From IMG/VR virus record IMGVR_UViG_3300037991_000189, positions 1-47,799 of that record: DNA of 47,799 nucleotides. One strand, given 5' to 3'. The notes under the pieces were generated by a model, which did not search any database, was not told the origin of the DNA, and saw only the letters and a list, made by a program, of their open reading frames with translations. Shown one piece after another: positions 35,508 through 45,487 of this stretch (its first letter is position 1; every line of letters starts with the position of its first letter). Made by a program: the position numbers and the translations under genes. Source of the stretch: a virus (Duplodnaviria > Caudoviricetes).

Positions 35508-38500
35508 TAGCTATCTCCTATGAGCTTTAATAATTTATCATTAATATTGAGCACTTGTCCACCTTTTTGGTATGGTGTTTGATAAAAACTTTCTTGTCCT
35601 GCATCTCTAAAAATACTTTTAAAATCGTAAGGCGTACCAATCTGAGCAAGTGGGGACTCTTTTACCTCTACTGCTTGTGGTTGTAGAGCACCGTATAATT
35701 GTTGCACATTCTGTAATTGCCTCTGCTGTTGTGCTCTTTTTGCAGCAGCTTTTTTAGCTGCTTCTTCTTTAGCTGCTGTAGCTGCAGCTTGTTGTTTAAA
35801 TTGTTCGTCTATAAATGCTTGTGTTTCGTCGATTTTAGTATCATATGTAGTGCCTAAATCTGTAATATCACGGTATAAACCTGTGGCAACGTCGCCTGTG
35901 TTAACATCAGCAGGAGCACCTATGAGAGATGTAAGAGCATCAGTCTTTTTACCTACTGCATCTATATCTCCAGTAAGAGCAGTTCTTAAAGCATCTGTTT
36001 CTGTTTTTTGTCCAGCTAATAATTTTTCTAATTCTGCTTGTTGCGTTCCTATTGCACCTAAACCTGCAAGTTGAGCTTCTTCACGTTTTTTAGCCTCTGT
36101 TTCATAAGTATTTATTAACTCTACCAGTGCATTATACTGTGCAGTAGGTAAGTTTTCTGTTATATCTGCTTCTAAATTGTAATCTACACCAGTTTGACCC
36201 ACTAATGCTTCAATATCTTGTTCTGTGGGGTTTTCTAATCCTGCAGCCTTATAAGCATTTATTACTTCCGATCTGTCTGTAAACCTTTCATCCACATAAT
36301 TTGTAATCTGATTTATAGAATCTGCATCACTTACGTTACCTGTAAGATAACTTATATCTGGAGTTGCAACCTTAAAATTAGGGTTTATTTCTTTTATTTT
36401 ATCCCGTACTTCGCCAGTTGTTTGATACTGTGTAGGGGCTATAAAGTTAAATATTTCTGTCTTTTTTGCGTCATTTACGTTAGATGCAGATAAAAACTCG
36501 TTTGCCTGTGTTATATATTTTTCTTTGTTTTCTTCTGGTGCATTTTCTGCGTTATTTATTATTGATTCAAGACCAGGGTTAAAAGTAGATATAGTATTTA
36601 ATTTTAAATCATTTGTTTGTCTTTTAACAAATTTAGGATTATAATCGTCAACTTGATACGCATTATTGTTTAGTCCGAACAACTCACTTGTTTTTATTAG
36701 TGTATTATATTGTTCATTATCAGTGCTATCACTAAATTTGTATTGTTGATAATTAGTAAATTCATCTACAAACGTGTTTTCAGGTATATCTTTAAGTTTA
36801 TCTAGTGCAGGAGCGGGTATATCACTAAGTTCGTTACTTGAAAACAACCCGTCAAAATCTGCATCGTTTAAAGCTTGACCTAAAAGATAGGCGGTAGCTC
36901 CACTATAAGTTATATTTTCTATAGCGTTGTTAGATAAAGTAGTTGCACCACCAGAAGACTTTACTTTTTTGTTTATATCTGTGGCTACTCTTTCAAATTT
37001 ATTACCAAATTCTTTGGATTTTTTAGCTCCCACTTTACCTGATAGATTTTTAGTTATAGAGTCACCAACTTCTTTTATTGTTTTACCAAATTTAAGTGCA
37101 GTAGCACCTGTAAAAAGCCCTAGTGCAGGTTCTACAACTTTATCTAATAATAACACATCAGGGATGTTTAATACCCCATCAAACACTACTCCTACTTTAT
37201 CTAAAGCCGTAGGGGCTGCCTCAAATGCGTTATCAAATAAAGTAATATTTTGTTTGTATGCGTCTGTGTTTTGATCTTCAGCGAGTTTTATAATATTATC
37301 TGTAAATTTAGCTACAGTATCTGATATAGGACCTCTATCCTCTTCAGGTAAAGTAGACGCAAGAAGTTTACCTGCTGGACCACCAATATACTCTAATAAC
37401 CCTGTGCCATACTCTAATACATTATTTACAGAATCTACGGCTTCAGGTATAGCTTTTGCTAAACTAACAGCAGTATTTTTATACCATGCAGATTTGTCAT
37501 CTTCATTTACATAAGCTACATTTGTAAATTTTTCTGCGTTTTTAGCAAGATTGTATATATCTTTACCTTTTTGTTGATTGAGATACGCACCTGCTTCATC
37601 ATCAAACGTAGATATAAATTTTAAATGTTCTTCAGGATATAACTCCTCCATGCTATCAAATGTAAAAGATCTGTCGTCTTCTGCAACAACCTGATTTGTG
37701 TCTGTATTAACAGTTTCAAACCTTTGATTTTCTGCATTAAATCTTTCTATTACTAGACCACCAACATCATTACTCCATTTAGGGTCAGCTTCAGCTACAT
37801 TGTCATAATCTTCCCAAAATAGCTGTCCTGTTTCATCAACACTTAATGTAACATTTCCATCTATAATATCTGTAGCATTTACTTTACTAGAATCTATATT
37901 TTCACTGTTAATATCTATAGATTGTGTTATCAGGTCTTTAATAAGATTATTATGTCTGTCTTTCTTAACTTTTTGTTCATATTGTTTGGTATTTACGGCT
38001 AATTCAGCGTCTTTACCCACAGTAAGCCAATGATAATACGGATCAATAACTTCACCTGTTTCACCTGCATCCTCTAATCCATTTGCTTTTATATACTCTT
38101 CTTCATTAAATGCGCCACCTGTCATACTATTAACAAACGCTTTATTTACAGCATTATAACTAGGTATTAATGAATCATCTAACTTATCAGCTTTAGATGT
38201 TAAACTGTCTCTTAGTGCAATATACTCATCTCCAGCTTTTTTATATTTAGTAGCTAACGTATTTGCTTCTTCTGTATATTTTTCAAGTAAAGGTGTATAT
38301 TTTTCTTCATAATCTTTGTCTAATTGCACAGCATACGCATTATATGCCTTTATTTTATCGTTATAAGCATCAGAATTTCTTTGCGTAGGAGATGCTTCAA
38401 AATCTATTTTAGCCTGATCCATTTCTGCTTTTAACCTAGCACGTTCATCAAAACGTGGTATCAACTCTTCACGTGTATTATTGTAGTTTGTAACTGCTGT

Positions 38501-39469
38501 TTCGTATTCGGCAGCTAAAAGATCAACTTCGCTAGCTTTTGTTTCTGTTTCTTTATATTTACCAGTCACTTCATCAATAGTTCTTCTTGCAACTGTGTCA
38601 AAATTATTAATAAGTTCTACTGCCGCAGACTGTGCTATAGACATCAAAGCAGCCTCTGTAATATTACCACCATTTATTGCTGCAGATGTTGTTCTTATTA
38701 CACCGTTTGTTATCGCAGCTATTTGAGCATCGCTAGGGTCATAATCAGCTCTATTTAAATATTGCTGTACTGTTTTTGTGGTTACTGTTGCTTGTAATAT
38801 AGCATTTGACATAACTTCTTGTGTTATATCTTTTCCTGTTAACATAGCCGTTACTTGAGCTTCTACCACAGCCAAAGCCGCTGCAGGTATAGGATCTGGT
38901 GCTGGTGCAGGGGCTCCTGCATCTCCTATTGTAGCAGGGTCATCCCCAACAACACTACCCCCTTCGTCTTGTATGGCAACATTAGACCTAACTTGAGCCA
39001 TAGCTGAACTTACACCTGCTCGTACTCCACCAGTTATAGCAGCCTGCACAGGGTCTTGTCCTAATATAACAGCTGATGTAGCCGCAGTTGTCGCTCCAGC
39101 AGCAACAGAACCTGCCATCGTACTACCTGTTTGTGTAGCAACCGACGATCCAACTTTGTTACCTACTTGTGGACTAACTTGTTGTATTACATATGCTTTA
39201 GCACTTGCTTCTAATACATCTCCTATATCACCACCTTGTTGTGCCGTGTCTGCACCTGCAACTAAAGGTAAAGCCCACCATTGTCCCGACGCAGCCGCAG
39301 CCGTATAGGCTATAGTTCTCACTGGATCATCAGCCATAGCCTTCAAGCTCTTCTCTACTGTGTCAGTAACTGGTATCACAATATCGTCTTGTACAAAATC
39401 ACCAACGTCTTTTACAACGTCAATGACATCTTCAACTATTCTTTTTATGGGTCTAAATATAGCTCCCAT
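35507..39469 (-). CDS. Large acidic virion/ejection protein (putative)
   Basis: 1320 aa; Ala/Gly-rich N-terminus, coiled coils, TAATG-coupled on both sides. Confidence 0.7.
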   Translation of the reverse strand: MGAIFRPIKRIVEDVIDVVKDVGDFVQDDIVIPVTDTVEKSLKAMADDPVRTIAYTAAAASGQWWALPLVAGADTAQQGGDIGDVLEASAKAYVIQQVSPQVGNKVGSSVATQTGSTMAGSVAAGATTAATSAVILGQDPVQAAITGGVRAGVSSAMAQVRSNVAIQDEGGSVVGDDPATIGDAGAPAPAPDPIPAAALAVVEAQVTAMLTGKDITQEVMSNAILQATVTTKTVQQYLNRADYDPSDAQIAAITNGVIRTTSAAINGGNITEAALMSIAQSAAVELINNFDTVARRTIDEVTGKYKETETKASEVDLLAAEYETAVTNYNNTREELIPRFDERARLKAEMDQAKIDFEASPTQRNSDAYNDKIKAYNAYAVQLDKDYEEKYTPLLEKYTEEANTLATKYKKAGDEYIALRDSLTSKADKLDDSLIPSYNAVNKAFVNSMTGGAFNEEEYIKANGLEDAGETGEVIDPYYHWLTVGKDAELAVNTKQYEQKVKKDRHNNLIKDLITQSIDINSENIDSSKVNATDIIDGNVTLSVDETGQLFWEDYDNVAEADPKWSNDVGGLVIERFNAENQRFETVNTDTNQVVAEDDRSFTFDSMEELYPEEHLKFISTFDDEAGAYLNQQKGKDIYNLAKNAEKFTNVAYVNEDDKSAWYKNTAVSLAKAIPEAVDSVNNVLEYGTGLLEYIGGPAGKLLASTLPEEDRGPISDTVAKFTDNIIKLAEDQNTDAYKQNITLFDNAFEAAPTALDKVGVVFDGVLNIPDVLLLDKVVEPALGLFTGATALKFGKTIKEVGDSITKNLSGKVGAKKSKEFGNKFERVATDINKKVKSSGGATTLSNNAIENITYSGATAYLLGQALNDADFDGLFSSNELSDIPAPALDKLKDIPENTFVDEFTNYQQYKFSDSTDNEQYNTLIKTSELFGLNNNAYQVDDYNPKFVKRQTNDLKLNTISTFNPGLESIINNAENAPEENKEKYITQANEFLSASNVNDAKKTEIFNFIAPTQYQTTGEVRDKIKEINPNFKVATPDISYLTGNVSDADSINQITNYVDERFTDRSEVINAYKAAGLENPTEQDIEALVGQTGVDYNLEADITENLPTAQYNALVELINTYETEAKKREEAQLAGLGAIGTQQAELEKLLAGQKTETDALRTALTGDIDAVGKKTDALTSLIGAPADVNTGDVATGLYRDITDLGTTYDTKIDETQAFIDEQFKQQAAATAAKEEAAKKAAAKRAQQQRQLQNVQQLYGALQPQAVEVKESPLAQIGTPYDFKSIFRDAGQESFYQTPYQKGGQVLNINDKLLKLIGDS

Positions 39470-39933
39470 TAAAACCTCTCATTTAAAGGATCTCTACCGA
39501 GTTTTATATGTACAACATAAGCACCATCTTCATCTTTGCCAACAGCAAATTCAGTGTCTGTATCCTGTAATTTTTTATGTATAACACGCATAGCAGGTAG
39601 CAATACATCTCCTTCAAATTGTGATGTATAATGTGTTATACCTTGTTCTTGTATATATGCTATATATCTTAATATATTTTTTATAAAATTTCTGCCTGTA
39701 TCTACATTAAGTGGGCGACCCACCATTTTAGATTTATTTTTATCTTTTCCTCTGTGACCTATAAACACGGTATTACCTATGTTAACAACCTCACACCCAT
39801 CCATAGATGTCTCTTCATATATAGCTATTAATATGTCTTGTATAGGTTTATCACCTTCTAAATTTTTAACTGCCATTGTTATTATTTCGTGCATATCAAG
39901 TTGTCTTTGATTGCTGTCAACTGTTTGCATCAC
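39469..39933 (-). CDS. Hypothetical protein at the tail/ejection boundary
   Basis: 154-aa ORF with GGAGG RBS. Confidence 0.7.
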   Translation of the reverse strand: MMQTVDSNQRQLDMHEIITMAVKNLEGDKPIQDILIAIYEETSMDGCEVVNIGNTVFIGHRGKDKNKSKMVGRPLNVDTGRNFIKNILRYIAYIQEQGITHYTSQFEGDVLLPAMRVIHKKLQDTDTEFAVGKDEDGAYVVHIKLGRDPLNERF

Positions 39934-40259
39934 GACACCTCCAATATACTAGCAACAACGTGTAATCTATTGGCTGTAGCAGCCGTAACTTTTAATATTT
40001 CTCCAGTTTCTATAACTAAAGGGGCTGTTAATAACTCTACTGTAGCATTTGCACTAACAGACTTTGTTTTAAATAAGCTAAAAGTAGCAGGAGAAGATTC
40101 TGCATCTGTTATCGTTAAAGTTATTGTATCTGCATTTCCTGAATCTTCTGACACAAGTATGGACTTAACTATCCCAGTAGTCAAAGCAGGTGCTGTATAT
40201 AATGTTGTTACACTAGTGCTAGATAAATCTTTTTTTGCATTTACATATTTATTAGGCAT
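39930..40259 (-). CDS. Small beta-rich tail-associated protein (start MPNKY at 40259)
   Basis: TTLYTAP...IVKSILV...LVIETGEILKV; TAATG-coupled. Confidence 0.7.
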   Translation of the reverse strand: MPNKYVNAKKDLSSTSVTTLYTAPALTTGIVKSILVSEDSGNADTITLTITDAESSPATFSLFKTKSVSANATVELLTAPLVIETGEILKVTAATANRLHVVASILEVS

Positions 40260-40453
40260 TAGCTTAAAAACCACCCTGTTGCTTCAGCTCTGTCTGATAT
40301 GACAGCATTTCTTAACGCTGTATCCACTTGAGTAAAATACAAACGTAATACGTTATTAAGTTGTTCTGCGTTTTGTTGATCGTATTCAGGAGTAGGGAAT
40401 GGTAATGCTGGAGCACGGAAACCCACACCATACCTTGTATTATCTACAGCCAT
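40259..40453 (-). CDS. Small tail-associated protein
   Basis: APALP.PT.EYD...LRLYF motif; follows the tail stabilisation gene. Confidence 0.7.
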   Translation of the reverse strand: MAVDNTRYGVGFRAPALPFPTPEYDQQNAEQLNNVLRLYFTQVDTALRNAVISDRAEATGWFLS

Positions 40454-42297
40454 TAACGCCTCCCATCTGGTCTAATATCTAATCTAGGTGTACCTAACTG
40501 CCATGTAACACCTGTTGCAGAAGATTCAAAACGCATGGCTATCTGTCGTCCTCGCACTCTTATATTTATTAAATCTGTAAATACTTCAACAGGACTTGTT
40601 GCTGTGCGTGTTATAGTGGCATTACTAGATCCACCTTCTGAAGCAGGTGAATTACGACCAGATCCAGAACCACCTAATGCGTGTAAGGTCATAGTTGCAA
40701 CTGGGCTATCTGCTGTAGAGCCATCAAATGAAGCATCAGGCACTACACGATTTATTAGTGAGAATCTGTCGCCATCACCTATATCAAAATCAGAAGATTC
40801 TACATATGCAGTTATAGCTGCTGCTGTACCAGTCACATTATCGTCAATACCTGTTTCGTGATTTACAAGATTATTGCTGTATGTGGCTGCTAACGGCTTG
40901 TCACGTAATCCAGAATCAAGCCATGCTGTACGTGCCAAAGTGCCATAATACCATATCTTTTCTAAATAATTATATATCACATATTTGTCTATATTATTAA
41001 CGCCTGCACTGCAATAAAACCACCATATCTCATGAAAAGACTCATTAGTACCAGAAAATACTTGTGCGTATTGTTGTGTATTAAAATCATTAAAAATATA
41101 TTTACGAACATCACATTTTAATGGTTGTGTACGACCATCATACATATAAAACTTATCTTTTCCCATCCAATATGCTACACCATTTGCATAAGATACAGAT
41201 AATTGAGATGATATGGATATGTTTTCACCAACTAATGTAGCTGCCCAAACAGCAGGTGCACCAACATACTGCAGAGAGTATAAGGAAGAATCTGTCCATA
41301 CAAGCACCTCTTGTCGAGCTTGGGAAGCTGCAACTATTTTAGTACCACGAGATAATCTTAAACTACCTGCTTGATTTGTTGCAGATGGCGTCCAATTAGC
41401 CGCATCTTCTTGATCCGACCATCGCACCAAAGTAGGATCTATGGTGCTACCTCCTATTGGATTTACGCCAAAACAAAATACAAAACGACTTATATCTGAC
41501 ACTAAAATTAAATTTTGTAGTAATGGGACATCTGATGCACCAGATAAAGTAGATAATTCAACGGCTCTAGTAGTAACACCATTTGTAGCGTCCCAATAAT
41601 ATATACTACCACTATTAGGTCCAAATACTAAATCTTCACCAAAGTTAGAGTGACTCCATATACGCACTTCGTTTACAGATGCCTCTCCAACACCCCACTG
41701 ACCAGCACCCCAAGCACCTGCACCCCAACCTGTAAGAGGTATGGCAAATGCAGAGCCAACATTTACTTGATATGCTGCTGATACAGAACCTCCACCTGTA
41801 GCAGAAGAACTCGCAGCGGAGGATACAGTTATATTATAAGAAGTAGCAGACACTAAATCTATTTGAAATTCACCAGTTATAGTCAAACCACCAACCGCAC
41901 TACTACCACTAAATGTAACAAAATCTTCATCTACAAATCCGCCATTTGTGTCTGTTACTAATACAGTGGTGGACCCAGATGTGGTGGTAAAAGGGTTAGT
42001 TAATGATACAGTAGCACGTAAAGGTGTAACATCATTATAATTACCACCTAATTCTATGTAATATTTTAAGTTAGTACCTAATCCTACAAAGTTTTGACCT
42101 GATAAACTAACCCAGTTATGTAAAGAACGACCTACACCTAAAAAAGTTGTATTAGATATAAGCTCCCAACCACCTATTTTTTCAGGCGTGCCTTGTCTAA
42201 ACCGTATTTTATCTCCGTCATAATACCCACCTTCTGTGGTATATCTAGTGCCTTCACGATTAATCCCAGGTTTTAATTTTACTGCTTGAAAAGCCAA
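40453..42297 (-). CDS. Tail tube/DNA-stabilisation protein (P22 gp10 / nozzle-like beta-propeller)
   Basis: 614 aa; KPGI, RFRQGTPEKIGGW, VRWSDQED, EIWWFY, RVRGRQ. Confidence 0.75.
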   Translation of the reverse strand: MAFQAVKLKPGINREGTRYTTEGGYYDGDKIRFRQGTPEKIGGWELISNTTFLGVGRSLHNWVSLSGQNFVGLGTNLKYYIELGGNYNDVTPLRATVSLTNPFTTTSGSTTVLVTDTNGGFVDEDFVTFSGSSAVGGLTITGEFQIDLVSATSYNITVSSAASSSATGGGSVSAAYQVNVGSAFAIPLTGWGAGAWGAGQWGVGEASVNEVRIWSHSNFGEDLVFGPNSGSIYYWDATNGVTTRAVELSTLSGASDVPLLQNLILVSDISRFVFCFGVNPIGGSTIDPTLVRWSDQEDAANWTPSATNQAGSLRLSRGTKIVAASQARQEVLVWTDSSLYSLQYVGAPAVWAATLVGENISISSQLSVSYANGVAYWMGKDKFYMYDGRTQPLKCDVRKYIFNDFNTQQYAQVFSGTNESFHEIWWFYCSAGVNNIDKYVIYNYLEKIWYYGTLARTAWLDSGLRDKPLAATYSNNLVNHETGIDDNVTGTAAAITAYVESSDFDIGDGDRFSLINRVVPDASFDGSTADSPVATMTLHALGGSGSGRNSPASEGGSSNATITRTATSPVEVFTDLINIRVRGRQIAMRFESSATGVTWQLGTPRLDIRPDGRR

Positions 42298-42737
42298 GAT
42301 AATTTCTCCATTCTCTCACAAAGTCTTTTTGCACGATTAGGTACTTGTTTTGCCCATTTCGAGTCCATCATTTGCACAGATGCTTCCATCCAATCTTCAT
42401 CATCCACAGCTGCTTTTAACTTTAAAAATTTACTTAAACGAGGACGACCAAGATTAAACATCATATTTGCTAGTATTAGTTGAGCTTCTTCTGGTATGTC
42501 ATTGAAATTACTGTATAAAATATTACAGTCCTTTATAGTTATTTCTATGTCGGCTTTAAAACACTCATCGACTCTCTCTTTAGATACTTCTGTCCCAATT
42601 TCTTGCCCATATTCTAAATCAGAATCAGTAACCAAATGCCCAATCCCAAAAGTCGCATACCCCAAATGGTCATTGTAAATTTCATATTTACATCCCTCAT
42701 CTTCTGCTAATTCTTTTTGTAATTTATCTAAGTCCAT
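42279..42737 (-). CDS. Endolysin, T4-type lysozyme (GH24)
   Basis: EDEG...Y.DHLGYATFGIGHL with the E/D/T triad; NMMFNLG, SKWAKQVPNRAKRL. Confidence 0.92.
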   Translation of the reverse strand: MDLDKLQKELAEDEGCKYEIYNDHLGYATFGIGHLVTDSDLEYGQEIGTEVSKERVDECFKADIEITIKDCNILYSNFNDIPEEAQLILANMMFNLGRPRLSKFLKLKAAVDDEDWMEASVQMMDSKWAKQVPNRAKRLCERMEKLSWLFKQ

Positions 42738-42837
42738 CTTTCACCTGCTTTTCTCTTAAAGATTGTACGTGTTTATAATAGAAATAATTACCAATCTTAT
42801 TAAAAAATTTGGCTAAATGCAACCAAGTCCACATCAT
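42724..42837 (-). CDS. 37-aa peptide (MMWTWLHLAKFF...), below the track cutoff
   Basis: ATGA overlap with the upstream gene; fills the gap before the lysozyme. Confidence 0.45.
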   Translation of the reverse strand: MMWTWLHLAKFFNKIGNYFYYKHVQSLREKQVKDGLR

Positions 42838-43121
42838 TTCTTCCTAGCCTTCCTAATAGCTTCTTTGCCTCTTTTAAATATACTGGCAACTTTATTCTTA
42901 CCCATCACTTTTGCTCTTTGCTCACCGACTGTAAGTATCTGTATCTTTCTCGCAAAAGGTTTACTGATTCTCTTAACTTTTGCAACCGTAGCTCTTGCGT
43001 CTGCTTCTGTGGCAAATTTGATACCAACGGTGTCTTTTGGATTCTCATCTGTGTATAGTCGTCTCCCAGAGCCCTTTGGTTTTTTACCTGTTCCGACTTT
43101 TGGATCTCTTTTCTTTGCCAT
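42834..43121 (-). CDS. Highly basic small protein
   Basis: DPKVGTGKKPKGSGRRLYTDENPKDTV; K/R-rich. Confidence 0.75.
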   Translation of the reverse strand: MAKKRDPKVGTGKKPKGSGRRLYTDENPKDTVGIKFATEADARATVAKVKRISKPFARKIQILTVGEQRAKVMGKNKVASIFKRGKEAIRKARKK

Positions 43122-43267
43122 TATACTTTCTTTTTCTTAACTGTTTGCTTTGCTCTTCTAAAGTTTTTAGCTGTGGGTGCGCCTTTTGCACCTTTCTTTC
43201 TCATCTTTTCTCCACTACCAGCTTTTATTCTTTTTCTTTTTGCTTGTATGTTTCTATATAAACTCAT
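43121..43267 (-). CDS. 48-aa very basic protein (MSLYRNIQAKRKRIKAGSGEKMRKKGAKGAPTAKNF...)
   Basis: Translated by hand; coupled by ATGA/TAATG to both neighbours. Confidence 0.7.
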   Translation of the reverse strand: MSLYRNIQAKRKRIKAGSGEKMRKKGAKGAPTAKNFRRAKQTVKKKKV

Positions 43268-43383
43268 TTTGACTTCTTTTTCTTACCATTTTTCAAAACA
43301 GTCTTTAACATTTTAGCTTGTGCTGCATGTGTCTTACTGGCCTTTTGCAGCCCTTTCATAACTTTTTTAACTTTTCTTTTCAT
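43264..43383 (-). CDS. 39-aa very basic protein (MKRKVKKVMKGLQKASKTHAAQAK...)
   Basis: Translated by hand; AAAGGA RBS, ATGA overlaps. Confidence 0.65.
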   Translation of the reverse strand: MKRKVKKVMKGLQKASKTHAAQAKMLKTVLKNGKKKKSK

Positions 43384-43775
43384 TTAGTTAGTCCTTTCTG
43401 CTTTTCATATGTTCTGAGTCCTCCAATTCCGAGCATGCCACCGAGAACAGTTAAAAGTGTACCCATATCGAAATCGGGCAGCTCTGGTAGTTCTGCACCA
43501 GCAAAACTCGCACCAAATATAATTAAATCTTTTATGATAAAGTGATAGGCAAAAGCAATCGCACAGACCCACCCAACAGCGGGTCGCCAGCCGCCCTTGA
43601 ATATAGAGCCACTTGCAGCTTCTGCCTTATTTATCTCTAACTGAGCAAGTAAAGCCTCCTGGGCGTGTTTTTCAGACATCGTGGCTATCTCGTGAGCGAG
43701 CTTTGCCTTCTGATCTGCATCAGGTATAAACTTATCCAGTAGACCTGTTACTGGACCTATCAGTGCTTGTAACAT
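43380..43775 (-). CDS. Holin, 3-TM GTA-type family (start MLQAL at 43775)
   Basis: LLDKFIPD, QLEINKAEA, GWRPAVGW, GMLGIGGLRTYEK. Confidence 0.85.
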   Translation of the reverse strand: MLQALIGPVTGLLDKFIPDADQKAKLAHEIATMSEKHAQEALLAQLEINKAEAASGSIFKGGWRPAVGWVCAIAFAYHFIIKDLIIFGASFAGAELPELPDFDMGTLLTVLGGMLGIGGLRTYEKQKGLTK

Positions 43776-43980
43776 TATTATCTCCTTTATGTTCGTGACC
43801 CATCCAAATACCAAATACGCCTGTCATTACGCCCATGACAACCGATACAAAAGCTGATTGTGATGCTGTTGGGTCTTCTAAAGCCATAAACCACTCTGCA
43901 CATCTCCACGACATTGCTGTGCTTACAAGCATCATTAGTCTCGGAAGGATCTTCCATTTTAAAAACGTTTCTACATTCAT
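43732..43980 (-). CDS. Two-TM membrane protein (lysis module)
   Basis: WKILPRLMM...WFMALEDPT..QSAFVSVV; two hydrophobic helices. Confidence 0.7.
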   Translation of the reverse strand: MNVETFLKWKILPRLMMLVSTAMSWRCAEWFMALEDPTASQSAFVSVVMGVMTGVFGIWMGHEHKGDNNVTSTDRSSNRSTG

Positions 43981-44183
43981 TGTATTAATAACTCATTTAA
44001 ACCAAAACCCTCTAATAAAATCAAAGTGAAGAATAGTAATAAAACCCCACCTGCTATCAATTTACCAGAAAAATTTGTAGAACCTATTTTAATAGCAACA
44101 AACTCATTACTTAATATTCTTAAAGATAACTCAAAGCTATTTTCGTCAATCGTTACCTTTACTGGTTTTTTATTATCTTCCAT
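43977..44183 (-). CDS. Small membrane protein
   Basis: NSFELSLRIL.NE followed by a hydrophobic helix. Confidence 0.65.
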   Translation of the reverse strand: MEDNKKPVKVTIDENSFELSLRILSNEFVAIKIGSTNFSGKLIAGGVLLLFFTLILLEGFGLNELLIQ

Positions 44184-44389
44184 TAATAAACCTCTACCTT
44201 ATTTGGATTTACTTGTGCTACTAATTTGCATACACATTCATAAGTTTGATCTCCATCCTCTGACATAAATACTTGTCCGCTTAATTTTTTTGAATAATAA
44301 GTACAATCATTAACAGACTTAAAATAAATCATAGCTTCGTTCATTTGACTTGGTTGCATGCAACAATAAAGCATAAATGCAGTAATCAT
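44183..44389 (-). CDS. Small Cys-containing hypothetical protein
   Basis: 68 aa, coupled to its neighbours. Confidence 0.65.
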   Translation of the reverse strand: MITAFMLYCCMQPSQMNEAMIYFKSVNDCTYYSKKLSGQVFMSEDGDQTYECVCKLVAQVNPNKVEVY

Positions 44390-45138
44390 TTTTTTCCTAT
44401 ACTCCTTAAACTTTCCATGACTTTGTCAATGTCTGGCTCTTGTCCATTGGGATCGTAAACACATTTATACTTCTTTGGACACCATGTTTCAATTAACATT
44501 GTAAAAGTTCTGTTTCCTCCCTCATAGATACAAGCTCTTTTATCTGTATATTTTGACGTAATTCTTTTCTTAAGTCTACAAGTTGTGTATTTTTTTGGGT
44601 CTGGGTTACGCCATTCTTGTTGTTGCCTAGAATAATCTTTGGGTTTGTACTCATATGCTTTTGCTTGTTTAACCCATATACCAGCAACTAAAGCAATAAA
44701 ACCACCAATTATAGCTATTACAATAAACCAAGTAATAGCTTCACCTATTTGTCTTCGGAGCTGTTGTTGTTTGTAAATTGTTTCTTGACGCTGTTTTCGT
44801 ATCTGACCTTCCATAGCTAAAAGATCATTATAGGCTTGAGGCCCATAAGTCATGTTTAAAAAAACCTTAAGTTCGTATCTTTGTTCCTCAAGTTTCTTCT
44901 TGGCTGCATAAGCAGAGAGAGCTGCCTCTTCAATAGACCCAGCTTTAAACAATTTACCAAAAAGGGGAGGATTCTTTGCTTGTTTTTCAGCGTTGTCAAC
45001 ATCGGATACAGCTCCCATCCATCGTCCGATATCACCAGACATTTGTTCTATATCACGCCCTACTGCGAATCCTTTTTTTATCGCATCAAATGCTTTTGAC
45101 GCTACGCCCATAGCTAATGATATTGTTACAGGATCCAT
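44386..45138 (-). CDS. Membrane-anchored protein with a Cys-rich C-terminal domain
   Basis: MDPVT start, coiled coil, one TM helix, TTCRL...ACIY.G...CPKKYKCVYDP. Confidence 0.75.
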   Translation of the reverse strand: MDPVTISLAMGVASKAFDAIKKGFAVGRDIEQMSGDIGRWMGAVSDVDNAEKQAKNPPLFGKLFKAGSIEEAALSAYAAKKKLEEQRYELKVFLNMTYGPQAYNDLLAMEGQIRKQRQETIYKQQQLRRQIGEAITWFIVIAIIGGFIALVAGIWVKQAKAYEYKPKDYSRQQQEWRNPDPKKYTTCRLKKRITSKYTDKRACIYEGGNRTFTMLIETWCPKKYKCVYDPNGQEPDIDKVMESLRSIGKK

Positions 45139-45144
45139 ATATAA

Positions 45145-45303
45145 TCACCTTACTAATAACCCCACTAATAGGAGAATTGTTGTTCCTGCAGTACCTATCA
45201 TTATATGCTCGATACGTTTTATTCTTAATATAGTTTCTTTCCATCTTTCTGCACAAACAGCTTCGTGTGTGTCTATCTGTGCCTTCACGTCTGATACCTT
45301 CAC
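45145..45303 (-). CDS. 52-aa coiled-coil + TM peptide (XhlA-like)
   Basis: GTG start; HEAVCAERW...RIKRIE followed by a hydrophobic tail; more plausible than the overlapping 45086-45313 ORF. Confidence 0.7.
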   Translation of the reverse strand: MKVSDVKAQIDTHEAVCAERWKETILRIKRIEHIMIGTAGTTILLLVGLLVR

Positions 45304-45485
45304 TAATCAGCATCCTCTATCTTGTTGCCTTCCTTGACCCATTCTTGGATTGCTTGGTAGTGTCTGTTAGCAGGGTCTATTGGTACAAGCATAAACTCAA
45401 TATCTTTTGGCATTATATTCAAGACTAACTTTATAGTTGAATTTTTTCCACCCTCTGCTATATATTTTGCTGATTTAATTTCCAT
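45303..45485 (-). CDS. Tail-fibre assembly/chaperone-like small protein
   Basis: VPIDPANRHYQAIQEWVKEGNKIEDAD; directly after the tail-fibre gene. Confidence 0.7.
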   Translation of the reverse strand: MEIKSAKYIAEGGKNSTIKLVLNIMPKDIEFMLVPIDPANRHYQAIQEWVKEGNKIEDAD

Positions 45486-45487
45486 TT

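Noticed and set aside
45086-45313. 75-aa ORF from the track
   Set aside because: The overlapping 45145-45303 frame gives a recognisable HEAVCAER + TM peptide with proper coupling.
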